This document shows positions 55,406 to 62,867 of a stretch of 64,000 nucleotides of DNA, one piece after another. A program made the position numbers and the translations under genes. The stretch spans positions 9,891 to 73,890 of the forward strand of contig CAVUAO010000003.1 of NCBI GenBank assembly GCA_963739515.1, written 5' to 3'. The stretch is from an uncultured Chloroflexia bacterium. GTDB lineage: Bacteria > Chloroflexota > Dehalococcoidia > Dehalococcoidales > RBG-16-60-22. How positions within the stretch are numbered: position 1 is the first letter of the stretch; each line of letters starts with the position of its first letter. Below the pieces are notes generated by a model, which was not told where the DNA came from, made no database searches, and was given only the letters and a program-made list of their open reading frames with translations.

Positions 55406-56629
55406 ATGGGACTGGCAACGATAACGGAAGCCATCGAAGATATCAAGGCCGGTAAATTCGTCATCGTGGTGGACGACGAAGACCGCGAGAATGAAGGCGA
55501 CCTCGTCATGGCCGCGGAAAAAGTCACGGCGGAAGCCATCAACTTCATGGCTAAATACGGGCGGGGGCTCATCTGCATGCCGATGACCGGCGAGAGGCTG
55601 GACACCCTGCGAATCCCTATGATGGTAAGCAACAACACCTCCCATTTCGGCACACCCTTTGCCGTGGCGGTCGAAGCCAAGCACGGCACCACCACCGGCA
55701 TCTCGGCGGCGGACCGGGCCAAGACGGTACAGGTCATGGTCGACCCCAAGACCAGGCCGGAAGACATCCTCATGCCGGGGCACATGTTCCCCCTGCGCGC
55801 CCGCGACGGCGGCGTGCTGGTACGCGCCGGACAGACCGAGGCGACGGTAGACCTCGCCAGAATGGCGGGGCTAAGACCCGCCGGGGTACTCTGCGAAATC
55901 ATGAACGAGGACGGCACCATGGCGAGGATGCCGCAGCTGGAGGAAACTGCCAAAAAGTTCGGCCTGAAAATAGTCAGCGTGGCCGACCTCATTGCCTACC
56001 GCTACCGCCATGAAAGGCTGGTGACGCGGGTAGCCGAAGCCAAGCTGCCGACCAAGTACGGCGATTTCAAAGTCATCGCCTATAAAGCCAGCACGGATAC
56101 CGACGAGCACCTGGCGCTGGTGCTCGGCGACGTGGCAACCGACGAGCCCGTGCTGGTAAGGGTGCACAGTCAATGCCTCACCGGCGACGTTTTCCACAGC
56201 CTGCGGTGCGATTGCGGCGAGCAGATTGAAATAGCCATGAAACGCATCGCGGAGGAAAGGCGGGGCGTCGTCCTGTACATGAGACAGGAAGGCCGGGGCA
56301 TCGGCATCCACAATAAAATCAAAGCCTACGCACTGCAGGACAAGGGCATGGATACCGTCGAAGCCAACCTGTCGCTGGGCTTTAAAGCCGACCCCCGCGA
56401 CTACGGCATCGGGGCGCAGATACTGGCCGACCTGGGCGTGCGCAACATGAGGCTGATGACCAATAATCCCAAGAAGATGAGCGGACTGGAAAGCTACGGG
56501 CTGAACATCGTCGAACAGCTGCCCATCACCACGATGCCCAACCCGCATAATCGACGCTACCTCCAGACCAAGCAGAAAAAACTGGGGCACCTCCTGAAAG
56601 TGCCGGATACCGATTGCGACCAAATATAG
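55406..56629 (+). CDS. ribBA: Bifunctional 3,4-dihydroxy-2-butanone-4-phosphate synthase / GTP cyclohydrolase II
   Basis: …[18 protein letters not shown]… (DHBP synthase) and …[23 protein letters not shown]… (GCH II zinc site). Confidence 0.95.
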   Translation: MGLATITEAIEDIKAGKFVIVVDDEDRENEGDLVMAAEKVTAEAINFMAKYGRGLICMPMTGERLDTLRIPMMVSNNTSHFGTPFAVAVEAKHGTTTGISAADRAKTVQVMVDPKTRPEDILMPGHMFPLRARDGGVLVRAGQTEATVDLARMAGLRPAGVLCEIMNEDGTMARMPQLEETAKKFGLKIVSVADLIAYRYRHERLVTRVAEAKLPTKYGDFKVIAYKASTDTDEHLALVLGDVATDEPVLVRVHSQCLTGDVFHSLRCDCGEQIEIAMKRIAEERRGVVLYMRQEGRGIGIHNKIKAYALQDKGMDTVEANLSLGFKADPRDYGIGAQILADLGVRNMRLMTNNPKKMSGLESYGLNIVEQLPITTMPNPHNRRYLQTKQKKLGHLLKVPDTDCDQI

Positions 56630-56643
56630 CTAAGGAGATACCG

Positions 56644-57115
56644 ATGAGCAAGACTTACGAAGGCAACTTAATCGGCAAGGGGCTGAAGTTCGGGGTGGTG
56701 GTATCGCGTTTCAACGAGTTTTTCAGCACGAAGCTGCTGGAGGGGGCCAAAGACGCCCTGCTCCGGCACGGCGTCCTCGACGCCGACATCGAAGTGGCCT
56801 GGACACCGGGCTCCTTCGAAATCCCGCTAATCGCGCAGAAAATGGCGGAGGCGAAGAAATATAACGCCGTCATCTGCCTGGGGGCGGTGATAAGGGGCGG
56901 GACGCCCCACTTCGACTATATCGCGTCGGAAGTGGCCAAGGGCATCGCCAACGTCGGGATGAAAACCGGGGTACCGGTCATCTTCGGGGTCATCACTACC
57001 GATACGCTGGAGCAGGCCATCGAGCGCTCCGGGAACGAAGGACGGCAACAAGGGCTTCGATGCGGCGGTCAGCGCCATCGAGATGGCGAACCTGGTGAAG
57101 GGGATAGGACAATAG
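56644..57115 (+). pseudogene. ribH: 6,7-dimethyl-8-ribityllumazine synthase, one frameshift near the 3' end
   Basis: …[20 protein letters not shown]…WTPGSFEIP…[14 protein letters not shown]… The frame changes at the AA run 57034-57035. The true tail is [26 protein letters not shown], ending in TAG at 57113-57115. Confidence 0.9.
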
Positions 57116-57156
57116 CTCAAAGCTTAAAAGTCAAAGCCAGAACTCAAAATTCAAAA
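57115..57156. repeat. Heptanucleotide tandem array (6 units) abutting the ribH stop
   Basis: GCTCAAA GCTTAAA AGTCAAA GCCAGAA CTCAAAA TTCAAAA. It is followed by an inverted copy of CTCAAAGCT (AGCTTTGAG) and a T/A tract. Confidence 0.8.
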
Positions 57157-57190
57157 CTGGGAAAGCTTTGAGTTTTAAAAATTTAAGTTG

Positions 57191-57445
57191 TTACTCCTTA
57201 ACCTTGTAAACAGTGTCGCCCGGGCGCACCTTCTCCGGGACCTTAATGCCCACGGACTTGCCCTTGCCAGCTTTGTCGACGTTGACGTTGTCGATCTGCA
57301 TCGAATCGACGACCATCTCGATGTCCGTGGTGTGCCCCTTGATATGAATCGTCTCACCCACTTTCAAAGTACCGCTTAACGCGACACCGGCGACCACCGG
57401 GCGGGCAAAAAAGTCATCTACCCTGCCGACCTCTTTCTCTGCCAT
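57191..57445 (-). CDS. Small translation-elongation-factor domain-2-like beta-barrel protein
   Basis: MAEKEVGRVDDFFARPVVAGVALSGTLKVGETIHIKGHTTDIEMVVDSMQIDNVNVDKAGKGKSVGIKV… resembles the EF-Tu domain 2 fold pattern. AAGGAGGG SD lies before ATG 57445. Confidence 0.65.
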   Translation of the reverse strand: MAEKEVGRVDDFFARPVVAGVALSGTLKVGETIHIKGHTTDIEMVVDSMQIDNVNVDKAGKGKSVGIKVPEKVRPGDTVYKVKE

Positions 57446-57612
57446 CTGAGTGCCCTCCTTGAAAAATAAAGACAATTTATCTTTGTATCAGGATTATACC
57501 CCTCAATTTTCCATAAATCAATACAGGCGACCAAACAGTATTGATTATCTCTTTGACATATTTCACGGCGGGAATTATAATAATTTTAAACCTGACGGAG
57601 AAGTGAGGGCAT

Positions 57613-57837
57613 TTGGCCAAACCAGACGAAATGGAAACCAGAAATGAGGCGCCGGACATCGAGCGGCTCATCCAGCGCATCGACGCACTGGATAAACGCC
57701 TTGACAGCGTCGATTCCGTAGTTTCGGCGGTGGCCGAACGGGTCATGCGGCAGCCGCTCACCATTAATCTCACCTGCCCGAAGTGCGGCCAGAGGATAGA
57801 AATCGCCATCATCGGCAGCGAGAAGCCCGGCCGATAA
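57613..57837 (+). CDS. Hypothetical small protein with half zinc-ribbon (CPKCG)
   Basis: 74-aa ORF. The start codon is uncertain (TTG 57613 or ATG 57631). Confidence 0.35.
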   Translation: MAKPDEMETRNEAPDIERLIQRIDALDKRLDSVDSVVSAVAERVMRQPLTINLTCPKCGQRIEIAIIGSEKPGR

Positions 57838-57912
57838 AGTTCTGTATGCCGGTTAGTCTTTGACCGGTGTCCGTGACGTTCATCGACTTTTCCTTATGGA
57901 CAGGAGGCAAAC

Positions 57913-58572
57913 GTGACGATAGCCGCAGGAATCAACCGGACCAAACTGGAAGTTTTCCGCTGGCGCTACGAACTCAGCATACCAAAGAAACTGGTCCTGG
58001 CTTTCGGCGTGGCCGCGCTGACCGGGCTGCTCGCCCAGGCCAGGGTCCAACTGCCATGGAGTCCCGTACCGCTGACGGGGCAGACCTTCGGGGCGCTTTT
58101 AGCCGGCGTGATGCTGGGGACGTGGTGGGGCGGCGTCAGCATGGCGCTGTATGCGGGGCTGGGGGCGGCGGGATTGCCGTGGTTCCAGGGCTGGAGCGGG
58201 GGCATGGCCTACCTGGCCGGACCCACCGGCGGCTACATCATAGGCTTTATCCTGGCGGCCCTTTTCCTGGGTTATTTCACCGATAAATACGTGCGGTCGC
58301 GGAGCTTTACGGTCATTCTGGCGCTGATGCTCTTCGCCAACTTCATCCTCATCTATGGACCCGGTTTATTGCAACTAAATCTATGGCTCAGCAACGTCAA
58401 AGGCCAAGCGGTAACATTCAGCCAACTCCTGAAGATGGGGGCGATACCGTTTATCGCCGGCGACGTTACCAAAGCCGTGGCGGCGGCAATCATCACCCGC
58501 GCGGCTACGCCGAAAAAAGCCTACGGTAAAGAGACCGACGGCGAAAAGTGGGCGAAGTGGCGGCTGCCGTGA
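57913..58572 (+). CDS. bioY: Biotin transporter BioY (ECF S-component)
   Basis: …PWSPVPLTGQTFGALLAGVMLG…GPTGGYIIGFILAALFLGY…IPFIAGDVTKAVAAA… are BioY signatures. GTG start. Confidence 0.85.
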   Translation: MTIAAGINRTKLEVFRWRYELSIPKKLVLAFGVAALTGLLAQARVQLPWSPVPLTGQTFGALLAGVMLGTWWGGVSMALYAGLGAAGLPWFQGWSGGMAYLAGPTGGYIIGFILAALFLGYFTDKYVRSRSFTVILALMLFANFILIYGPGLLQLNLWLSNVKGQAVTFSQLLKMGAIPFIAGDVTKAVAAAIITRAATPKKAYGKETDGEKWAKWRLP

Positions 58573-58573
58573 A

Positions 58574-58608
58574 GAGTTACTAGTTACTAGTATTTAGCAG
58601 TTAGTTTG
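58574..58608 (+). repeat. Heptanucleotide tandem array (5 units) starting 2 nt after the bioY stop
   Basis: GAGTTAC TAGTTAC TAGTATT TAGCAGT TAGTTTG, with TAG at 58581, 58588, 58595 and 58602. Confidence 0.85.
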
Positions 58609-58647
58609 GGGGCGGCGCGACTTCCAGTCGCGCCGCCCCGTTTCTTT
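58609..58647 (+). terminator. Rho-independent terminator after bioY
   Basis: GGGGCGGCGCGAC-TTCCA-GTCGCGCCGCCCC (13-bp perfect stem), followed by GTTTCTTT. Confidence 0.7.
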
Positions 58648-58652
58648 ACCGA

Positions 58653-58681
58653 TTGCGCTCATAGCTGAACGCTGATATAAT
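58653..58681 (+). promoter_or_regulatory. Extended -10 promoter abutting the thrS start codon (leaderless geometry)
   Basis: TTGCGC (58653-58658), a 17-nt spacer and TGaTATAAT (58673-58681). The ATG at 58688 lies 6 nt after the -10, and no SD is present. Confidence 0.55.
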
Positions 58682-58687
58682 GGCGTT

Positions 58688-60430
58688 ATGAGCCAAGAGC
58701 ATGAGCTGGACACCATGCGGCATTCCGCCTCTCACGTCATGGCGGAGGCGGTACTTTCCATGTTCCCGGACGCCAGGTTCGCCATCGGGCCGGCGATAGA
58801 GGACGGGTTTTATTACGACTTCGAACTGCCGCGCCCGCTGACGCCGGATGACCTGCCCGTCATCGAGAAGAAGATGGGCGAAATCATCAAAGCGGACCTG
58901 CCTTTTCATCACCGGGAAATAACAAAAAAAGAAGCGAAAGCTCTCTTCGTCGCACAGCCGTACAAGCTCGAACTCATCGAAGAAATAACCGACGACAAGG
59001 TCGGCGTTTACCAGCAGGGCAACTTCACCGACCTCTGCCGCGGACCGCACGTCAGCTCTACCGGGGAAATAGGGGCGTTCAAACTAACCAGCATCGCCGG
59101 GGCGTACTGGCGGGGCGACGAGCATAACGCCATGCTCCAACGCGTCTACGGCCTAGCCTTCGAAACACAGAAGGAGCTGGACGACTACCTCGCGCACCTG
59201 GAAGAAATCAAAAAACGAGACCACAGAAAAATCGGAAAAGACCTGGACCTATTCGTCTTTTCGGATTTAGTCGGCAAAGGTCTGCCCATTTTTACGGAAA
59301 AGGGGTCAGTGATCAGGAGAGAACTGGAACGCTTCGTAGTGGACGAGGAACTCAAGAGGGGCTACAAACATATCTATACTCCCGACCTAGCGCTGGTGGC
59401 ACTCTATAAAACCTCCGGTCATTACCCTTACTATAAAGATACGATGTACCCGGTCATGAAGATAGATGACGAGGAATTGATACTACGCCCCATGACCTGC
59501 CCGCATCATTATCAGTACTATGCCAGCCGACCGAGGTCTTACCGGGAGCTGCCGTTCCGAATCGCGGAGCTCGCCAAGCAGTTCCGCTATGAAAAGTCCG
59601 GGGAGCTGACGGGTCTAATGAGGGTGAGGGCTTTCTGCCTAGCGGACTCCCATATCATCTGCCAGAAAGAACAGGCGGTCAGCGAGATAAACCAGGTCAT
59701 GGACCTGATTGAATATGTGGCGGGGGTGCTGGGCTATAAAGCCGGCGAAGACTACCGCTACCGGCTATCGCTCGGCGACAGAAAAGACGAGAAAAAATAC
59801 TATAAAGACGACGAAGCCTGGGATTATGCGGAAAACGTTTTAAGGGGCGTATTGCAGCAGCGGGGAGCCAATTTCTTCGAAGCCGAAAAGGAAGCCGCTT
59901 TTTACGGGCCGAAAATCGATATCCAGATGAAAAACGTCGCCGGCAAGGAAGATACGGCTTTCACCGTCCAGTATGACTTCGTGGGGCCAAAACGCTTCAA
60001 GCTAACATACATCGACAGCGACGGCAAGGAAAAAGAGCCTATCGTCATTCACCGGTCGTCAATCGGCGCCATAGAAAGGACCATGGCATTTCTCATCGAG
60101 CACTACGCCGGCGCTTTCCCCACCTGGCTGGCGCCCGTGCAGGTAAAAATGATCCCCGTCGCCGACCGCCACCTCGACCACGCGAAAAAGATTATTGCCG
60201 AACTTAAGAGTCGAGGCATAAGAGTCGAGGTGGACGACCGCTCCGAGAGAATGAACCTGAAAATCCGGCAGGCGCAGCTGGAAAAAGTCCCCTACATGAT
60301 TGTCATCGGGGATAAAGAGGTCGCGGACAACTCCGTATCCGTACGGCGGCGTACCGGCGAGCAATTGCCCACCCAGCCCCTGGCGAGCTTTATCCAGACC
60401 CTGACGAAAGAAATCGCCGATAAAACGTAG
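58688..60430 (+). CDS. thrS: Threonyl-tRNA synthetase (short form without N-terminal TGS domain)
   Basis: 580 aa. …MRHSASHVMAEAV… (editing/SAD HxxxH), class II motifs …FRYEKSGELTGLMRVRAF… and …GAIERTMAFLIEHYAG…, plus the anticodon-binding domain. Confidence 0.95.
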   Translation: MSQEHELDTMRHSASHVMAEAVLSMFPDARFAIGPAIEDGFYYDFELPRPLTPDDLPVIEKKMGEIIKADLPFHHREITKKEAKALFVAQPYKLELIEEITDDKVGVYQQGNFTDLCRGPHVSSTGEIGAFKLTSIAGAYWRGDEHNAMLQRVYGLAFETQKELDDYLAHLEEIKKRDHRKIGKDLDLFVFSDLVGKGLPIFTEKGSVIRRELERFVVDEELKRGYKHIYTPDLALVALYKTSGHYPYYKDTMYPVMKIDDEELILRPMTCPHHYQYYASRPRSYRELPFRIAELAKQFRYEKSGELTGLMRVRAFCLADSHIICQKEQAVSEINQVMDLIEYVAGVLGYKAGEDYRYRLSLGDRKDEKKYYKDDEAWDYAENVLRGVLQQRGANFFEAEKEAAFYGPKIDIQMKNVAGKEDTAFTVQYDFVGPKRFKLTYIDSDGKEKEPIVIHRSSIGAIERTMAFLIEHYAGAFPTWLAPVQVKMIPVADRHLDHAKKIIAELKSRGIRVEVDDRSERMNLKIRQAQLEKVPYMIVIGDKEVADNSVSVRRRTGEQLPTQPLASFIQTLTKEIADKT

Positions 60431-60451
60431 GCGGCATTTCATCCAGGGGAG

Positions 60452-60480
60452 TTGATTACGTAATAAAAATGTGATATAGT
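60452..60480 (+). promoter_or_regulatory. Extended -10 promoter upstream of infC
   Basis: TTGATT (60452-60457), a 17-nt spacer and TGaTATAGT (60472-60480). Confidence 0.5.
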
Positions 60481-60528
60481 TTTTATTCGTAGGACACCTG
60501 TAAGCGGAGGAGGTAAGGAAGCACCATA

Positions 60529-61095
60529 ATTAAGCAACTTCGTATTAACGAGCGAATAACGGCCAAAGAAGTCCGCCTGGTCGGGGAGAAGGGGGAGCAG
60601 CTCGGTATTATGCCCGTGCTCCAGGCGCGGGAGATGGCAAAAAAACAAGGAGTGGACCTCGTGGAAGTAGCGCCGACATCCGCACCCCCGGTCTGCCGCC
60701 TACTCGATTACGGGAAATTCAAGTACGAGCAACAGAAGAAAGAGCAGCAGTCCAGGAAGAGCCAGAAGGTCTCATTAACCAGAGAAATCCGCCTCCGACC
60801 CAAGATAGGTACCCACGATTTTGAAGCTAAAGCCAGGACAGCCAGAAAATTGCTGACCGCCGGAAATAAAGTCAAAGTTACGTTGATGTTCCGGGGACGC
60901 GAGATAACGCACCCGGACCTGGGCTGGAAGGTACTGCAGCGGATGGCGGAGACGCTCAACGAAATCGCCTACCCGGAAAGACAGCCGCTGATGGAGGGGA
61001 GAAGGATGGACATCGTCCTGGCACCCAACAGCTCCAAGCCCAAAATAAAAATAGTAGCAAAGGAAACCGTGAATGCCAAAACTCAAAACGCATAA
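60529..61095 (+). CDS. infC: Translation initiation factor IF-3 with non-canonical (ATT or ATA) start codon
   Basis: The conserved N-terminus IKQLRINERITAKEVRLVGEKGEQLG lies upstream of the first ATG (60610). An in-frame TAA sits at 60514-60516. Only GGA AGC ACC ATA ATT lie between that stop and AAG CAA. Confidence 0.9.
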   Translation: MKQLRINERITAKEVRLVGEKGEQLGIMPVLQAREMAKKQGVDLVEVAPTSAPPVCRLLDYGKFKYEQQKKEQQSRKSQKVSLTREIRLRPKIGTHDFEAKARTARKLLTAGNKVKVTLMFRGREITHPDLGWKVLQRMAETLNEIAYPERQPLMEGRRMDIVLAPNSSKPKIKIVAKETVNAKTQNA

Positions 61096-61279
61096 AGGCG
61101 CCAAAGACCGGTTCCATATCACCGGCACCGGTAAAATCATGCGGGTCAAGGGACCGAAGAGCCACCTGCGCGTCCATAAATCCAAGCGGGTGCGGCGGCA
61201 GTTCGACGAGATGATTGAGCTCAGTCCCAAAGACCGCAAGCGCATATCCCGACTGATACCCTACGGGACGGGAAAATAG
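61073..61279 (+). CDS. rpmI: 50S ribosomal protein L35
   Basis: MPKLKTHKGAKDRFHITGTGKIMR… Overlaps the infC 3' end by 23 nt. Confidence 0.95.
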   Translation: MPKLKTHKGAKDRFHITGTGKIMRVKGPKSHLRVHKSKRVRRQFDEMIELSPKDRKRISRLIPYGTGK

Positions 61280-61291
61280 AAGGAGTCGCAC

Positions 61292-61651
61292 TTGCCTAGA
61301 GTAAAGCGGGGAGTAACCTCACACCATCGCCATAAGAAAGTACTGGCGCTAACCAAGGGACACCGGGGCACCAAGCACCGGCTCATCCGGCGCGCCACCG
61401 AGTCCATGATACACTCATTGTCCTATGCCTATTTCCACCGGCGCGAGCGGAAGGGCGACATGCGCCGACTCTGGATACTGCGCGTTAACGCCGCCTGCCG
61501 CGCCAACGGGATTACCTACAGCCAGTTCATGAACGGACTGAAGAAGTCCGGCATCGCCGTGAACCGGAAAATGCTGGCCGATATGGCCGTCAGGGAGCCG
61601 GAAAACTTTACCAGCCTGCTCGCGCAGGCGACAGGGAAGGCGAAGGATTGA
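61292..61651 (+). CDS. rplT: 50S ribosomal protein L20
   Basis: (M)[25 protein letters not shown]…[23 protein letters not shown]… TTG start. Confidence 0.95.
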   Translation: MPRVKRGVTSHHRHKKVLALTKGHRGTKHRLIRRATESMIHSLSYAYFHRRERKGDMRRLWILRVNAACRANGITYSQFMNGLKKSGIAVNRKMLADMAVREPENFTSLLAQATGKAKD

Positions 61652-61681
61652 AATATTCCGGTTGATAATGGCTATTTCGAG

Positions 61682-61716
61682 TTCCCCTTCCCTCAGTGAC
61701 GAAGGGGAATTTTCTT
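61682..61716 (+). terminator. Hairpin plus T-tract between rplT and pheS (terminator/attenuator candidate)
   Basis: TTCCCCTTC-(10-nt loop)-GAAGGGGAA, followed by TTTTCTT. Confidence 0.5.
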
Positions 61717-61745
61717 AAGAGGGGCAGATTAATAAAGGCGATAAA

Positions 61746-62782
61746 ATGTCCGAGCAGGTTGAAGAGCTAAAGCAAAAAGCGCTCCAGGAATTGAATGGTA
61801 TTAATAACATCAAAGAGCTGGAGTCCTGGCGCGTCCAGTACCTGGGCAAGAAAAGCCCACTCACCCAGATTTTGCGGGGCCTGTCCTTTTTATCCATCGA
61901 GGAGAGAAAAGAGGTCGGCGCGGCCGCCAACCAGTTGAAAGCCCTGCTCGAAAGCAGCTGTGCCGAAAAAGCCCAGGCGCTTCGGGAAGTTCAAATTAAG
62001 TCCGAGGCGCAGAGGGAGTCCGTCGATATCAGCCTGCCGGGACAGCCACTGCCCGCCGGGCGCCTCCACCCCATCACACAGACCCTGGACGAGATGTGCG
62101 AGATATTCAGCTCGATGGGCTTCGCAGTAGCCGAAGGGCCGGACGTGGAATGGGACTATTATAACTTCGAGGCATTGAACATCCCCGCCGAGCACCCGGC
62201 GCGCGACGACATGTCATCATTCTGGATCGATACACCGGCCGGAGAAAGGGGAAACAGCTCCTGCGGACCCACACCACGGCGGTCACCGCGCGGACGCTGG
62301 AGAAAAACAAGCCGCCGATAAGGGCCATCGAGCCGGGCCGGTGCCACCGCTACGAGGCCACCGACGCCACCCATATCCCCGTGTTCTACCAGGTCGACGG
62401 TATTGCCGTGGACAAGGGGATTACCATGACCGACCTCAAGGGAACGCTGTACGAGTTCTCGCGGCGCTTCTTCGGGCCGGACCGGAAAGTACGCTTCAGA
62501 GTCGATTACTTTCCGTTCGTCGAGCCGGGAGTGGAAATGGCCATCGAATGCATCGTCTGTAAAGGCGGCGGCTGCCGCCTGTGTAAAAGCAGCGGCTGGC
62601 TGGAAATACTGGGGGCAGGCATGACCCACCCGGATGTATTGCGGCGCGCCGGCATCGACCCCGAGGTATATACCAGCTTCGCCTTCGGGATAGGCGTCGA
62701 AAGGCCGCACATGCTGCGCTACGGCGTGGATAACGTCCGGCTTTACTATACCAGCGATTTAAGATTCTTAAGGCAGTTTTAA
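61746..62782 (+). pseudogene. pheS: Phenylalanyl-tRNA synthetase alpha subunit, one frameshift
   Basis: …[18 protein letters not shown] changes frame at about 62243-62256 (A/G runs). It continues …[49 protein letters not shown]… to TAA 62780-62782. Confidence 0.9.
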
Positions 62783-62784
62783 AG

Positions 62785-62819
62785 GAGTTATTAGTTGCTA
62801 GTTATTAGTTATTAGTAGG
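62785..62819 (+). repeat. Heptanucleotide tandem array (5 units) starting 3 nt after the pheS stop
   Basis: GAGTTAT TAGTTGC TAGTTAT TAGTTAT TAGTAGG, with TAG at 62792, 62799, 62806 and 62813. Near-identical in design to the array at 58574. Confidence 0.85.
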
Positions 62820-62867
62820 TGAAATGGGAGCGTCAAAAATTTTAAACTTGTGACGATGAACTAAAAC

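Noticed and set aside
58573-58687. T-box or other leader upstream of thrS (and of pheS at 61652-61745)
   Set aside because: The thrS upstream region is fully accounted for by a heptamer array, a terminator and a promoter abutting the ATG. The 94-nt rplT-pheS spacer holds only a simple hairpin and no specifier-loop or T-box sequence.
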